Assembly: GCA_038087875.1 (NCBI GenBank)
Contig: CM075990.1
Location: 8,434,001-8,498,000, forward strand
Direction of reading: 5' to 3'
Length of the DNA stretch: 64,000 nt
Source: Malacoraja senta
Taxonomy: Eukaryota
A model generated the notes under the pieces. The model saw nothing but the letters and a program-made list of their open reading frames with translations, was not told the origin of the DNA and searched no databases. Below, piece after piece: positions 12,106-26,139 of this stretch; the first letter of the stretch is position 1; every line of letters starts with the position of its first letter. The position numbers and the translations under genes were made by a program.

Positions 12106-13065
12106 TGTGTTGGGAATGGATAGGTGACGTTTAGGGTCATAATCCCGAAAGTCAACTATCCATTTCCTCCACAGATGCTACTCGACCCGCTGAGTTCATC
12201 CACCACTTTGTCTTTTTTTGTACACGGGTTCTGTCCGTTTATCAGCTAGCTGACCACAGAATGGATGTGTTGGAGTATAGTGTAAACTTGAGTTCAGAAA
12301 AGTTATGGTCAGGGGTAAAAATGACTTAATTTTCTTACTAGTACCAGTACAGTCATACTGATAAACACAGCCTTCTTCATCCATTCGCATTGAATGTTTT
12401 ATTAACAATCAAACCAGAAAATATTGAAAACACTCAGCAGGTCAGCCAGCCTCTTCAACCATAGAGTTATAAAGAAAGTATATAGGCCCTCTGGCCAACC
12501 AAGTCTATGCTGAACATCAAACATCAATTTTTCACTAATCCCATGTTACCCACCTTACCTTCATCTTTGGAAAGAGAACAGAGTTACTGTTTCAACTAAA
12601 AACGTTTCACTCACGTTTTTTTACCAGTGCATACCAACTTACTGTCACTTCTGGTGAAACTTGACACGGGACTTTTAGATGCTCTCATGATTGGAAATAA
12701 GTTTGTGGCTTACACATGCCTCACACTGGCCAGTGTCAGCCAATCTCGGGGCATGACCCGAAACGTCACCTATTCCTTTCCTCCAGAGATGCCGCCTGAC
12801 CTGCTGAGTTACTCCAGCATGTTGTGTCTATCTTCAGCCAAACATAAGGCAGATTGCATTTTCCTCCAAAATCTACAGCATTAAGAGAAAGTGAATGCAT
12901 TGAATGCCTTCCTGAAACAATTTTCTTAAAACTAAAAGCAAATGTAATTGAATGGGAGTACCAATTGAGAGTACCAATCAACTGTGCAGGAGAAGGTGGG
13001 TCCTTGTTTGATCAGATGTGTAGATGGTACAAGGATGATTCTATAAAGTTGCTCTGTAGGATAAC

Positions 13066-13345
13066 ACAGTAGCACAGCGGTAGAGTTGCTGCCTTACAGA
13101 GCTTGCAGCGCCCGGTTCGATTCCGACTACGGGTGCTTGTACGGAGTTTGTACGTTCTCCCCGTGACCGCGTGGGTTTTCTCCGAGATCTTCAGTTTCCT
13201 CCTGCACTCTAAAGACGTACAGGTTTGTAGGTAAATTGGCTTGGTATAAGTGAAAATTGTCCCTAGTGTGTGTAGGATAGTGTTAATGTGTGGGGATCGC
13301 CGGTCGGTGCAGACTCGGTGGGGCGAAGAGTCTCTAAAACTCTAA
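13066..13345 (+). mobile_element. HE1-like SINE, near full length
   Basis: tRNA-like head (gcagcggtagag..ggttcgattcc), conserved body, tctctaaa tail. Confidence 0.88.
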
Positions 13346-13471
13346 AATAAAATCTCTAAAACTCTAAAACTCTCCCTCTTTGCTGATAGACACAAAATGC
13401 TGAAGTAACTCAGCGGGACAGGCAGCATCTCTGGAGAGAAGGAATGCGTTTCATGTCTATCTTTGGTATAG

Positions 13472-16400
13472 GCAGGGGATCAGCATTCTGGCAGGCAGGT
13501 TTGCCATTGCGACACGGGTGGGTTTAAACTAAATAGTGGGGGGGGAGGAGACAAATTTAAAATACAAGGATGGAGTTAAAGGGAAAGAAAGTATAGGAAA
13601 AGTTAAGAAAGACACCAGAATTAATGGGGCAGAAAGCTCACAAAGGGATAGGAAAGAATGGCCAAGTGAAATAGGAATCGATGTGAAAGGTGAGGTGAGT
13701 AATGGATTAAAAGTATTATATATAAATGTGCAAAGTATAAGAAGTAAATTGGATGAGCTTGAGGCTCAGTTAGAGATTGGTGGATATGACATTGTGGGGA
13801 TTACAGAGACATGGCTGCAGGAGGATCGGGGCTCGGAACTGAATATTCAGGGTTTAGAAGTCCTATAGAAAGGGCAGAGGAGGTGGGTAGCTCTGTTGGT
13901 GAGGGATGAAATTCAGTCCCTTGCAAGGGGTGACATAGGGACTGACAATGTATAGTCGCTGTGGATAGCATTGTAGAATTGTAAAGTTAAGAAGACAATA
14001 ATGGGAGTTGTCTACAGGCCCACAAACAGTAGCCTGGGCATAGGGTGCAAGTTGCAGCAGGAGTTAAAAGTGGCATGTAACAAAGGTAATGCCACTGTGG
14101 TTATGGGAGATTTCAATATGCAGGTAGACTGAGAAAATCAGGTTGGTTCTGGACCCCAGGAAAGGGAGTTTGTAGAGTGCCTCCGAGATGGATTCTTAGA
14201 GCAGCCTGTACTGTCTGGAGCCTACCCTGAAGAAGGGTTTCGGCCCGAAACGTTGCCTATTTCCTTCACTCCATAGATGCTGCTGCACCAGCTGAGTTTC
14301 TCCAGCACTTTTGTCTACCAGAGAGAAGGCAATTCTGGATTTAATAAGGGAACTCAATGTAAAGGAACCACTAGGAGGTAGTGACCATAATATGATAAGT
14401 TTTAATCTGCAATTTGAGAGGGAGGGGGTTCAATCAGAAGTGTCAGTGTTGCAGTTGAACAAAGAGGACTATGAAGGCATGAGAGAGGAGTTGGCTAGAT
14501 CGACTGGAAAAGGATCCTGTCAGGAATGACAGTGGAACAGCAATGGCAGGAATTTCTGGGCATAATCCAGAAGATGCAGGATCATTTCATTCCAAAGAGG
14601 AAGAAAGATTCTACAAGGGGAGAAGAGGCAACCGTGGCTGACAAGGGAAGTTAGGGATGGAATAAAACTAAAAGAAAAGGTGTATAACATAGCAAAGAGT
14701 AGCGGGAAGCCAGTGGATTGGGGAACTTTCAAAAGACAACAGAAGGTCACAAAAAGGGCAATACGGGGTGAAAAGATGAAGTACAAGGGTAAGCTGGCCA
14801 AGAATATAAAGAAGGATTGTAAAAGCTTCTTTAGGTATGTTAAGAGAAAAAAGATTAGTAAAGACAAATGTGGGTCCCTTGAAGGCAGAAACAGGTGAAA
14901 TTATTATGGGGAACAAGGAAATGGCAGAAGAGTTGAACAGGTACTTTGGTTCTGTCTTCACTAAGGAAGACACAAACAATCTCTCAGATTTACTAGAGGA
15001 CAGAGGATCTAGGGAGACAGAGAAACTGAAAGAAATTTGTATTCGGCGAGAAATAGTATTAGGTTGACTGATGGGATTGAAGGCTGATAAATCCCCAGGG
15101 CCTAATGGTCTACATCCCAGGTTACTCAAGGAGATGGCTCTAGAAATCATGGACGCATTGGTGACCATTTTCCAATGTTCTATGGATTCAGGATCAGTTC
15201 CTGTGGATTGGAGGGTAGCTAATGATATCCCACTTTTTAAGAAAGGAGCGAGAGAGAAAACAGGAAATTATAGACCAGTTAGCCTGACATCGGTGGTGGG
15301 AAAGATGCTGGAGTCAATTATTAAATAAGTAATAATGGTGCATTTGGATAGCAGTAAAAAGATTGGTCCGAGTCAGCATGGATTTATGAAGGGGAAATAC
15401 TGCTTGACTAATCATTTGGAATTTTTTGAGGATGTGACAAATAAAATGGATGAAGGAGAGCCAGTGGATGTATTGTATCTGGACTTTCAGAAAGCCTTTG
15501 ATAAGGTCCCACACAGCAGATTAGTGGGCAAAATTTGAGCACATGGTATTGGTGATAGGGTATTGACATGGATAGAGAATTGGTTGGCAGACAGGAAACA
15601 AAGAGTAAGAATAAACGGGTCCCTGTCAGAATGGCAGGCAGTGGCGAGTCGAGTGCCGCAAGGCTCGGTGCTGGGGCCGCAACTATTTACAATATATATT
15701 ATTGATTTTGATGATGATATTAAAAGTAACATGAGCAAATTTGCAGCTGACACAAAGCTGGGTGGCAGTGTGAACTACGATGAGGATGCTAGGAATTTGC
15801 AGGGTGACTTGGACAGGTTGAGTGAGTGGGCAGATGCATGGCAGATGCAGTATAATGTAGATAAATGTGAGGTTTTTCCACTGTGGCGGCAAGAACAAGG
15901 AGACAGATTATTAACTCAATGGTGTCAGATTAGGAAAAAAGGAAGTGCAACGAGACCTGGATGTCCTTGTACACCAGTCACTGAAAGTAAACATGCAGGT
16001 ACAGCAGGCAGTGAAGAAAGCTAATGGCAAGTTGGCCTTCATAACAAGAGGATTTGAGTTTAGGAGTAAAGAGGTCCTTCTGTAGTTGTGCATGGCCCTG
16101 GTGAGGCCACATCTGCAGTTTTGCTCTCCTAATTTAAGGAAGGACATCTTTGCTATTGAGGTAGTGCAGCGTTGGTCCAAAAGGTTAATCCCCAGGATGG
16201 CGGGACTGTCATATGAGGAAAGATTGGAAAGACTGGGCTTGTATTCACTGGAATTTAGAAGGATGAGAGGGGATCTTATAGAGATGTATAAAATTATAAA
16301 AAAAAGACTGGACAAGCTAGATGCAGGAAAAATGTTCCCAATGTTGGGGGAGTCCAGTACCAGGGACCACAGTCTAAGAATAAAAGGGGGGCCATTTGAA

Positions 16401-16656
16401 ACTGAGATGAGAAAAAAAAATCACCCAGAGAGTTGTGAATTTGTGGAATTCACTGGATAAATTTAAAAGAGGCCAATTCATTGGATGAATTTAAAAGAGA
16501 GTTATAGAGCTCTAGGGGCTAGCGGAATCAAGGGATATGTGGAGAAGGCAGGCACGGGTTGTGGATGATCAGCCATGATCACAATGAGATGTGGTGCTGA
16601 CTCGAAGGGCCAAAATGGCCTCCTCCTCCCGCACCTATTTGCTATGTTTCTATGTA
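13472..16656 (+). mobile_element. CR1/HER1 LINE: end of ORF1, decayed ORF2 (APE endonuclease plus RT) and 3' tail
   Basis: ILAGRF...GLN* ORF1 end; YIN..SI / DIVGITETWL and GSDHNMI (APE); [41 protein letters not shown] (RT); many stops and frameshifts. Confidence 0.95.
14224..14318 (+). mobile_element. Penelope-pLTR hammerhead fragment nested in the CR1
   Basis: ctgaagaagggtttcggcccgaaacgttgcc interrupts CR1 ORF2 between EP and TREKAILDL; ctacc occurs on both sides. Confidence 0.8.
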
Positions 16657-18819
16657 TAAACCAGCATCTGCAGTTCCCCCCTGGCACACTCCCTCTGTGC
16701 TGACTGCCTTGCTGTTTATTTCCTGCTTTCTGTTTTTTACTTGAAAGACAAGACAGATAACAACTGTAGAATAGGTGTCTCGAAGGATCATTCAAATCTA
16801 CAAAGTTGCACATTTACTAAAATATCAAGAAGTAGAAGCAAGAAACTGCAGATGCTGGTTTACAGAAAACAGCCAAAAGTGCCGGAGTAACTCAGCGGGT
16901 CAGGCAGCATCTCTGGAGAATATGGACAGGTGATGTTTTGGGTCGAGACCCTTCTTCAATTATCAAAATGTTTTCATTAGCTTGGTCTTTTCTATGAGGA
17001 CTGGATACACTTTGCGAGGATTAGAAAGCAGACGCCTCCCAGAAATGTTAGTAATGCTCAACAAAGTGATTGGGTACTGAAAATGGAGGAAGAAAGGAGT
17101 GCTGATTTGACGAGCTTATTACTGTGCAGAAGTGAATATAACAACATGTGAACACTTGGAGCATCTCAAGCTAAACTGCTCTAACAACTTTGTTTGGCCC
17201 AGTGGGTGTCGAGTGGTGTGACTCGAGATGCCTGAATATGTATGAATGAGCTCCTTCTTAGTGCATTCAGAAACTGGAGCATTTAAAAAGCATCACTGAA
17301 TAGTACTAATGGAGCATTGTACTCATGCGAAGGAGAGCCACTCACAAAGAAAGTTTCCATTAGCAGAGTTCACACTTGACGTACTCTCAGTAGACTCCTA
17401 CCTATGTTGTTAGACCTTATCCTCAAGTTAATTTAAAAATTGGACCAGAATGTGGAAAGGCAAGAATCCTCCAAGACGGATAAATGAAAGTTTTCAGATG
17501 TTCCAATGCCAATGCCAAACTGCTGTCAGAAAGGCAACACAATTTCTGATTCAGTGGCTCAGGAGCCAATTGAAGAAACTAGTCAAAACACCACAGGGGA
17601 AACTGAGAATCATATCAATCCGTGCATGCTGTTGGGAAGAAAGAATATTTGGGAAGGTGCCCGATCTTTACATAAGCCTGTGAAGATACTTTAAATCTAA
17701 CCAGTCTTCGAGTCAGTGTTTATTCACCATGGTCCTCATGTCCTTATCTGTTCTTGTTTGTTTTGTGTTGTTTGGGCTTTATCCTTCCTCTTCAAGCTGC
17801 TTTCTCCAATTGACTCACTGATAGGGGGAGCCCAATTTAAAACCAGCTGGGCTGTCCTTTATAAATTTGTAATGAATGTTTCAGGCGCTCACGACTGGCA
17901 AGTCACTGGGGAGCTAAGTACGCAGTGATGGGAGGATTTCAGCCTAATAATGATCCCACATCATTCAAGGACTCATTCACAATAAATCGTTTTGCAGGGC
18001 TGCAGTGATTGTAACATGCTGGTCCCATCTAACAGAAGCCGCTCACAGGTCAAGTGCTGTCGCCTAGGATGATATTTCATGATCAGCGGGAAGCAGAGAT
18101 GAAAGGACTTGGGAAAAGATATACAATTTTAAAAAATCAACAATAACGGGGAAGAATAGACATGTCTGGCATATAAATGTTTTTGCAGCCGGATAGAGAA
18201 ACAAAGCAATCATAATAACCACCACTAAATAGTTGCTGAATAATGTAATTACTCGAAGAAATCCATCTTTAACTGCGCACAAAGATAACCTGCCACTTTC
18301 TGTCTGTTGTATATATCTTTCTCTATCAGGAAGATAGACACATAAGGCCGGTGTAAGTCAGCGGGTCAGGCAGCATCTCTGGAGAAAAAGAGTAGATGAT
18401 GTTTCGTGTCAAGACCCTTCTTCTGACTCCGCTGAGTTACTCCAGCTTTTTGTGTCTATCTTTGGTTTAAACCAACATCTGTAGTTCCTTCCCACATCTT
18501 TCTCTATATGATAATTTTGGATATCTCTCTTGTTCCCTCATTTGTTATCTCTAATTCCCCAAAGTTTTTCCTTCCTTCCACCACTTTTTTTTTGTCTTTC
18601 AATCATTCCCTCTCTTTTCTTTCATATCATTTTGCCCTTCTCCTTGTTTCTCACTCAGTCAAACACATGGAGATGCGTACACACTGTCCATGCTTATTTT
18701 TTTCCTTATCTTTTGCCTCTCTCTCTTCCTCTCAATGGTTCTGCACCATCCTCAGTGACAGAGAATTCAATCTATTCCCAGTGGCGAGTAACTCGGGAAG
18801 AAGTCCTTTTGTATTGTGC

Positions 18820-19643
18820 AAAGAATGTCTAAAACACTCACTAAAATTAACAACCCCACTCTCACTATCGACGGCACCACTGTCTCCCCATCTCCTCAGG
18901 CATGCAACCTTGGCGTGATCCTTGACTCAACCCCCTCCCTTGAGCCTCACATCCGCCATGTTGTCAACACATCATTTTTTCACCTCCGCAACATTGCAAA
19001 AATCAGATCGTCTCTCACACCCCCCGCTGCTGAAAGACTCATCCATGCCTTCATCTCCTCCCGACTGGACTACTGTAACTCTCTTCTTTTCGGAATCAAT
19101 TCCAGCAGCATCAAACGACTCCAACTGGTCCAAAATGCAGCCGCTCGACTCATTACCCACACCAAATCCTGGCACCACATCACCCCAGTTCTCAAAGAAC
19201 TTCACTGGCTTCCCATTTCCCACCGGATCACCTACAAAATCCTGGTCCTCACCTACAAAGCCCTGAACAACCTGGCCCCCCCTTATCTCATTGACCTCCT
19301 CTCCCCCTACCAACCCTCACGGTCCCTCAGATCCACATCAGCTGGTCTCCTCTCCACTCCGAAATCAAACCTCTGCACTTTTGGAGGCAGAGCCTTCTCC
19401 AGGGCAGCTCCCAGGCTCTGGAATTCCCTCCCACAACCGGTCCGAAATTCTGAGTCCCTCACCATCTTCCAGTCCCGCCTCAAGACCCATCTCTTCACCT
19501 CTGCATACCCTTAGTCCCATGTTCCCCTCCCCTCTGTCTTACTGCTCTATTTTGTTTTGTTTATTCCTGACTCTCAATTGTAAAGCGACTTTGAGTCCTG
19601 AAAAGCGCTATGTAAATAAAATCTATTATTATTATTATTATTA
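18820..19643 (+). mobile_element. L2-clade LINE, 5'-truncated, with open ORF2 C-terminus and (TAT)n tail
   Basis: 232-aa ORF NLGVILDS...IHAFISSRLDYCNSLL...LQLVQNAAARL...LHWLP...FQSRLKTHLF; tail tgtaaagcgactttgag...aaagcgcta..(tat)n. Confidence 0.95.
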
Positions 19644-20289
19644 AAGTGTTGCTCGCCAAGTAAATGGAGGGAGTTGAGATATAAGCCTTGTGCTTGTTTC
19701 GAAGTTTCAAAGTATAAGTAGGGTCGACAATGAGAACTATTATTCCCCGGTGAAAATGTCAAAGATTGGAAAGCATAACTTTAGGGTCAGAGCAGGAAAG
19801 ATTTAAAAAGGAGATGTGTGGGGCAAAGAGAGTGGTAGATGCCTGGAATGCACTGCCAAGGGTGGTGGTCGAAGCAGAGGCATTTAAGAGGCTTTTAGAT
19901 CGATGCATGGATATGCAGGGAACGGAGGCATATGGATCAAGTGCAGACAGATAAAAGTAGTTTACATTGGCATCATGTACGGGATGGACATTTTGGGCCG
20001 AAGAGCCGGTTCCTGTGCTGAGGATGGACACACAATGCTGGAGTAACTCGGCAGGTCAGGCAGTATATCTGCAGAAAAGGAATAGGCGTCATTTGGGGTT
20101 GAGACCCTTCTTCAGACCTGTTGTGTGCTGTTCCACATATGTACTATGTAAAGTCAACGGGCGTAATAACGATCAGGTGATATGATAACATGTTGAGGTA
20201 CTGGACACTGCTGAATTAGCCTCTCCTCATTACTTCATATCTATGACACTTGTGGTCCTGACTAAATTCTCTTGGTTTTGTGCTGCCAG

Positions 20290-20495
20290 ATATTCGAGGG
20301 CTGCAGGGGTTTCTGGACCAAGCTTCACGCCAAGGGTTGGATGCCTCTCTGCAGAGGATTGACCAGAACATCAGTCGGATCTTTGCCAGCCTCTTCACCA
20401 CAATGAAAACCGAGGAACTGAACCGTTACCGGGACACTCTCCGCCGGGCCATCCTTCTGCTGAGCCCGCGAGGAGCTCAGACATTCATCAACGAG
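20290..20495 (+). CDS. Internal coding exon of an unidentified host gene (206 nt, phase 1 to phase 0)
   Basis: Acceptor ttctcttggttttgtgctgccAG, donor GAG|GTTAGT, open frame (D)[70 protein letters not shown]3-rich with retained CpGs; not repeat-like. Confidence 0.8.
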
Positions 20496-21300
20496 GTTAG
20501 TAACCAATGCAGCACAAAGATGGGCCCGTGATGGTGCGAGGCCTGTAAACCTGTACCACTTCCAACTCAGAATTATTTGAGTTCCTGATTTTAAAAGGAT
20601 TGTTCCACATTGTGCTCCAAATCTCTCCCATTTCTGTGACTTACGAGCTTGTCAACTTAGCAATTCCAAAAGCAAATAAAGCAGTATTTCTATTAACGGT
20701 GCCCACTTTCAGGGCTGCAGCCCACATCCTTCTGCGATTTCGATTCCGTATATTGTGCATTTAAATTTCAAAAATTATGAGTTCTTTGTTTATATTCAAC
20801 GACATTGTATTTCTCACTGGTTGTACCATGGATTTGGGATTTTTTTCTCCTGCCTTTCATTGAAAAGAGACCTGGAAATTGCAAAAAGGACACGAAATCT
20901 GGCTCTGGCCAGTGCAAGTGTGATGTTGTGCTTCCAGATAGTGCCACTGAAAAGAAGTTTGCAGGTAAAACGTAGGGATGGATCTGGAACCTTGCGTAGA
21001 CCACAAAGTGCTGGAGTAACTCAGCGGATCAGGCAACCTCTCCGGTGGACGTGGATAGGTAAGTCTGGTAATGAGTCCCAAACTGAAATATCACCTATTC
21101 CTATCCTTCAGAGTTGCTGCCTGATCCACTGAGTTACTCCAGGCCTGTGTGTACTAGGTAGGAAACAAGGATGGCCCAACTGTAGATCCTTGCGGGTTAA
21201 TGAACTCAAGATACAGGAATGGGAAAATAACTCATTGCAACTGACAGTGGCTGGAGAAATGAAAATGGGACCACAATGAGACCCCTCCCCCCCCCCAGCA

Positions 21301-21443
21301 GGACAGAGGAAGACAGTGGTATGATAATCGTTGTCAGCTGAAATGAATAGGGAAAGATGAGGAGGGATAGTTTAGCTTGGTCACTGTCCATGGTGGTCCA
21401 TTTCTCTCCAGGAACATGGCTGTTTCGCTCGTGAAGGGAGCAG
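21301..21443 (+). repeat. 143-bp local duplication, copy 1
   Basis: 6 mismatches against 23297-23439 by manual alignment. Confidence 0.92.
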
Positions 21444-21549
21444 TTCGAACAAGTTGTGGGAAAGGTGAGCCACAATTTTGGAAGCAGTTGTGGATTTGAT
21501 AAACTAGAAAGGCAAAGGGAAATTAATGATGGAGTAAAGTCTGGATTAT

Positions 21550-22120
21550 TTTTTAACTCCTCTTCCCATTCCCATTCTGACCTTTCTATCCTGGGCCTCC
21601 CTCCATTGCCAGAGTGAGGCCTCGTACAGACTGGAGGAACAGCAGGTCATATTCTGCTCAGGCAGATTACAACCTAATGGTATGAACATTAAATACTCCA
21701 ATTTTAGGCAACTATGAATCCCGCACCCCCTTTGTTCCCCCCTCCCTATTTTCCCTCCCCCGTGCTCCACCTGGACTCACACCCATTTCTCCCCCCCCCC
21801 CCACACTTTTACCTACATTCCATCTTCTGACTTCACAGTTTTTAACTCTTCTATCTTTATTTCACGACTTTAGCCTTTTCATCTCTATCCTTTGTCCAAC
21901 CACCTGATGACCCAAGTCTCTCCTCACCAGTAGCCACGTATCACTTGCCCAGTTTTGTCCTGTCTCTCCTCTCAGCTTTCTCCCTCACTCCCCTCCCCTC
22001 AACCCCCTCCCCCCCCCCATCTAGCAGTCTGAAGAAGGGTCCTGATCCAAATCATCAAATCTCTCTGTTCCCCAGAGATGCTGACTGAGTTACTCTAGCA
22101 CTTTATGTATTTTTTTTCCA
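21550..22120 (+). mobile_element. Degraded Penelope-like 3' end/pLTR
   Basis: Endonuclease C-terminal remnants (EEQQVIFCSGRLQPNGMNIK) followed by gtctgaagaagggtcc. Confidence 0.75.
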
Positions 22121-22456
22121 CACATGCTGATTAGGTAAGCTGATTTAGTGAGGTATTTAAAAGGGTTAACGGGCACTGTGTGTTAAATACTAGAATGAGA
22201 TATTTAACATCCATCTGACAGAAGGCCATGGTTTAATACCTCATCCATAGACCAGTGTTTCTCTTGTGACAGTACGTGCCAGTATAGCATGCCAACACCT
22301 CCACAAAATAAAACAAAAAGGATCACAATTTTATTTGAATTTCTAATATTATAGTAACATTAGTAATGGTTTTAAAAGTAAACCATTATTATTAGTAAAT
22401 ATAGATACATAACAATAAACAGAAAGATAAATAGACTAATAAATAAATAAATAGGT

Positions 22457-22832
<376 letters not shown>

Positions 22833-22989
22833 TAAATAGATTTAAATAAATAGACCATTATTAATCACATTAGGCAGTCAGGCCCTTAAAGAGCGTGAGC
22901 AGTTTATCGGATGTTGATCCAACATGGAACTAACAGCAAGGGACAACATGTGTACTAACAGATTTCTGTCTACACAAAGCGCACTGCTA

Positions 22990-23099
22990 AAGACAATGCG
23001 GTGTTGGAGTGTCAGTCTAGATGTTGTGCTCAGTTCTCAGTCCGAAGCCCTCCATCTAGTTCTGAGACAAGTGTGCTGCTGACTGAGGCACAGCTGACG
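22990..23099 (-). mobile_element. Possible ancient SINE remnant (DeuSINE/SacSINE-like)
   Basis: ggagtgtcagtctagatgttgtgctca...actgaggcacagctgac resembles that SINE head, recalled from memory only; highly diverged. Confidence 0.35.
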
Positions 23100-23296
23100 C
23101 TTCGATGGTAAGTGCAGCTTGACAGCACTGTCGCTGACACCTCCCAGCTCTTCACTGAAGCCCAAGAGTGGGCAGATGAGGAGGTAAGTGGAAGGGCTGG
23201 ATCTTGCCTCTTCCCAACGATTGCTTCAATCAGGTACTGGCTGCTGCTACGTCAACAGACGATTTTCTTGTATTTCGTGTTTCCAGGCACTCAGAT

Positions 23297-23439
23297 GGAC
23301 AGAGGAAGACAGTGGTATGATAATCTTTGTTAGCTGAAATGAATAGGGAAAGATGAGGAGGGATAGTTTAGCTTGATCACTGTCCATGGTGGTCTATTTG
23401 TCTCCATGAACATGGCTGTTTCGCTCGTGAAGGGAGCAG
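23297..23439 (+). repeat. 143-bp local duplication, copy 2
   Basis: Matches 21301-21443. Confidence 0.92.
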
Positions 23440-25837
23440 GGTTCTCTCTGGAAAATGATATTCATTCCATGCCTTTCACCACATTCAGTGAACTTTCAGA
23501 TTGATTCCTGCATCAGTCAATGTGAATTGGACTGATTGTCATAGCCCAGCATATACAGAGACCAGTAAAGCTAAAGACTGCTGCCTCTCAATGTCTGATT
23601 GTCCCTTGAAACAGTTATTATTTATAACTATGTATCTCAGTTCGGTCAGGTTGATGTTGCCCCTTCAGGCTGAACAGTTTGTCACTGTCATAGCATCATA
23701 TACCCATAGGGTCAAGCGGCAAAGAAACAGGCAACAACCATGTCCATACTGACCATCAATAATCTATAATAGACACAAAATGCTGGAGTAAATTGGCGGG
23801 CCAGGCAGCATCTCTGGAGAGAAGGAATGGGTGACCTTTCGGGTCGAGACCTTTCTTCAGACTGATGTCAGGGGAGAGGGAGATACATAAATAAGGAAGT
23901 GTAAGGTGTGAAAATAGAACAAAGGGAATGGAGATCAAGGAAAATGTACTCAGAGAGCAGGAGGAAACACAGAGGGGGAGCAGCGAGAGAGATGTTGCTG
24001 AACTTTCGTCGGAGAACTTCTTCAAAGTAGACATACCTTGCAGTGGAGCAGACAAAATGTACAGGAAGGAATCGCAGATGCTGGTTTAAACCGAAGATAA
24101 ACACAAGATACTGGAGTAATTCAGCCGGACAGACAGACAGGTCTTTCTCTCCAGAGATGCTGCCTGTCCCGCTGAGTTACTCCAGCATTTTGTGTCTATC
24201 TTCGGTTTAAACCAGCATCTGCAGCATCTATCTATACTTATTTCATATACCAGTACTTGGTTGGTAGCCTTCAATGGCTCAGTGATTCAGCTACTCAAGT
24301 GGATGCTCATAGATCCATTGGGTCACACAGCACAGAAACAGGCTCATCTGCTCAACATGTCCATGCTGACCAAGAAGCCCATACATCCTATCCCTGTTTG
24401 CTCTTGGTTGGCCCATATCCCTTTCCTATCCATGTACTTGACCTCATGTCTTTTAAATGTTGTTATTGGATCTGTCTCAACTTCCTCTGGCAGTGCTATC
24501 CATATATCTTGCACCCTCTGTGTGAAAACCATCACCTGCCCCCCAGGTTCCTATTAAATCTTTCCCCTCTCATCCTAAATCTATGCACTCTAGTCCTTGA
24601 GAGCATGGGCATAGGAGAAGGATGTGGTGATCAGCTCACTTGATGTATCACAACGGAGCCAGATAAATTTCTGTATCTGGAATGAGCTGCCAGAGGAAGT
24701 AGTTGAGGCAGATACAATGACATTTAAAAGACATTTGGACAGATTCGTGGATAAGAAAAGTTTAAAGGGATATGGGATAAATGCGGGCAATTGGGTCTAG
24801 CTTTGGTGGGGCATCTTGGTGGGCATGGCTGATTTTAGATTGAAGGGCCTGTTTCCAGGCTGTTTTCCTCTATTGCAACGGTGCTTCCATCCTGAGAAGG
24901 AAAGGCTGAAACTAGTCTCGGAACACTGAAAAACCTTTGTTTAAGAAGTTGCTTTAAATTCTTGGAGCTATACGCCGTCACAAACTCTCTGATATTCTCT
25001 CATCTCCAATTTACCTGTGGCTCCGAGCACTCGTGCTACCTGAATCTCCTTATTGGATTGAGATTCAGATTAGTTTATTGTTATATCCAACGAAGTGCAA
25101 TAAAATTCCTTGTTCACATGAGGCTCACAGCGTAAAGGGTATACATGCAATAATGTTCAACACAATGCTGGGTGGAGGGAAGTGACAAGGCGGTGATGGG
25201 CTGGGCTGTGTTCACCATTATTTAAATGTTCATGTGGTCATGAGAAGAGTTGTCAGCAAAACCAGGCTAAGACGCACCCTGTCAGAATACTCTCTGCAGC
25301 GCAGCTGTGAATTTCAAGAGAATCCTCAAGGGCAAACAGCGGAATGGTGCGAGAATGAAGTGCAAAATCTGAGTAGTGCTAAAGAATATTAAAGTACAAC
25401 AACAGACTAGCTGAATGAGATAGAGTTGAGGCTAAGAGGACGTGGCAGCACCTCTGGGAAATGCAGTGAGAAAGAAGTGATAGGTTCAGGAGTTGGACAG
25501 CAGTGGAGACAAAGCTGTTGTGAAGTCTGTATGTCTCAGCTTTCAAGCTCTACTTTCTCTCAGAAGGTAGAAGAGAGATATGGGAATGGCCAGGGGGATA
25601 AGCATCCCAGATAATACTCTCAGCCTTCTTGTTGGAAGTACGGAGCTCCGGATCGAGGTAAGCCCAGGTTGCATTGCACCGCGCCAATCTCTGGGTCCAC
25701 TCTTGCTCCACAGCTCTGTGGCACACCCAGGACGTCATAAGGTCATAAGTGATAGGAGCAGGATTACGCCATTCAGCCCATCAAGTCTACTCCACCATTC
25801 AATCATGGCTGATCTATCTCTCCCTCCTAACCCCATT

Positions 25838-25946
25838 CTGTCTTACTGCTCTATTTTGTTTTGTTTATTCCTGACTCTCAATTGTAAAGCGACTTTGAGT
25901 CCTGAAAAGCGCTATATAAATAAAATCTATTATTATTATTATTATT
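25838..25946 (+). mobile_element. L2 3' tail only, nested in a HER1 tail fragment
   Basis: Nearly identical to 19535-19643; attct on both sides. Confidence 0.88.
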
Positions 25947-26139
25947 CTCCTGCCTTCTCTCCATAAGACACCCGTACTAATCAAAGTTCACTAATCAAAA
26001 GCTTCCTTTCTAGGCCATTGCTTGGAGCTTCCAGGGTCTGGAGTGCTTGTACGATTCCCACTCCCTTTCAACTCTGGAAAATGTATTAAACTGCAGAAGA
26101 AACATATGAAGAACTGAAATAAGGATGTGATTGAGTATT

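Noticed and set aside
13066..13150. tRNA gene
   Set aside because: The tRNA-like head runs directly into a SINE body and tail; the same applies to the other HE1 copies and the SINE at 36995-37379.
17498..17656. Possible exon (DVPMPMPNCCQK...KNIWE) phase-compatible with the 20290 exon
   Set aside because: Weak acceptor with almost no pyrimidine tract, weak donor (gtgccc) and no recognisable protein signal.
18816..19514. 232-aa ORF as a host gene
   Set aside because: It is an L2 ORF2 C-terminus followed by the L2 tail.
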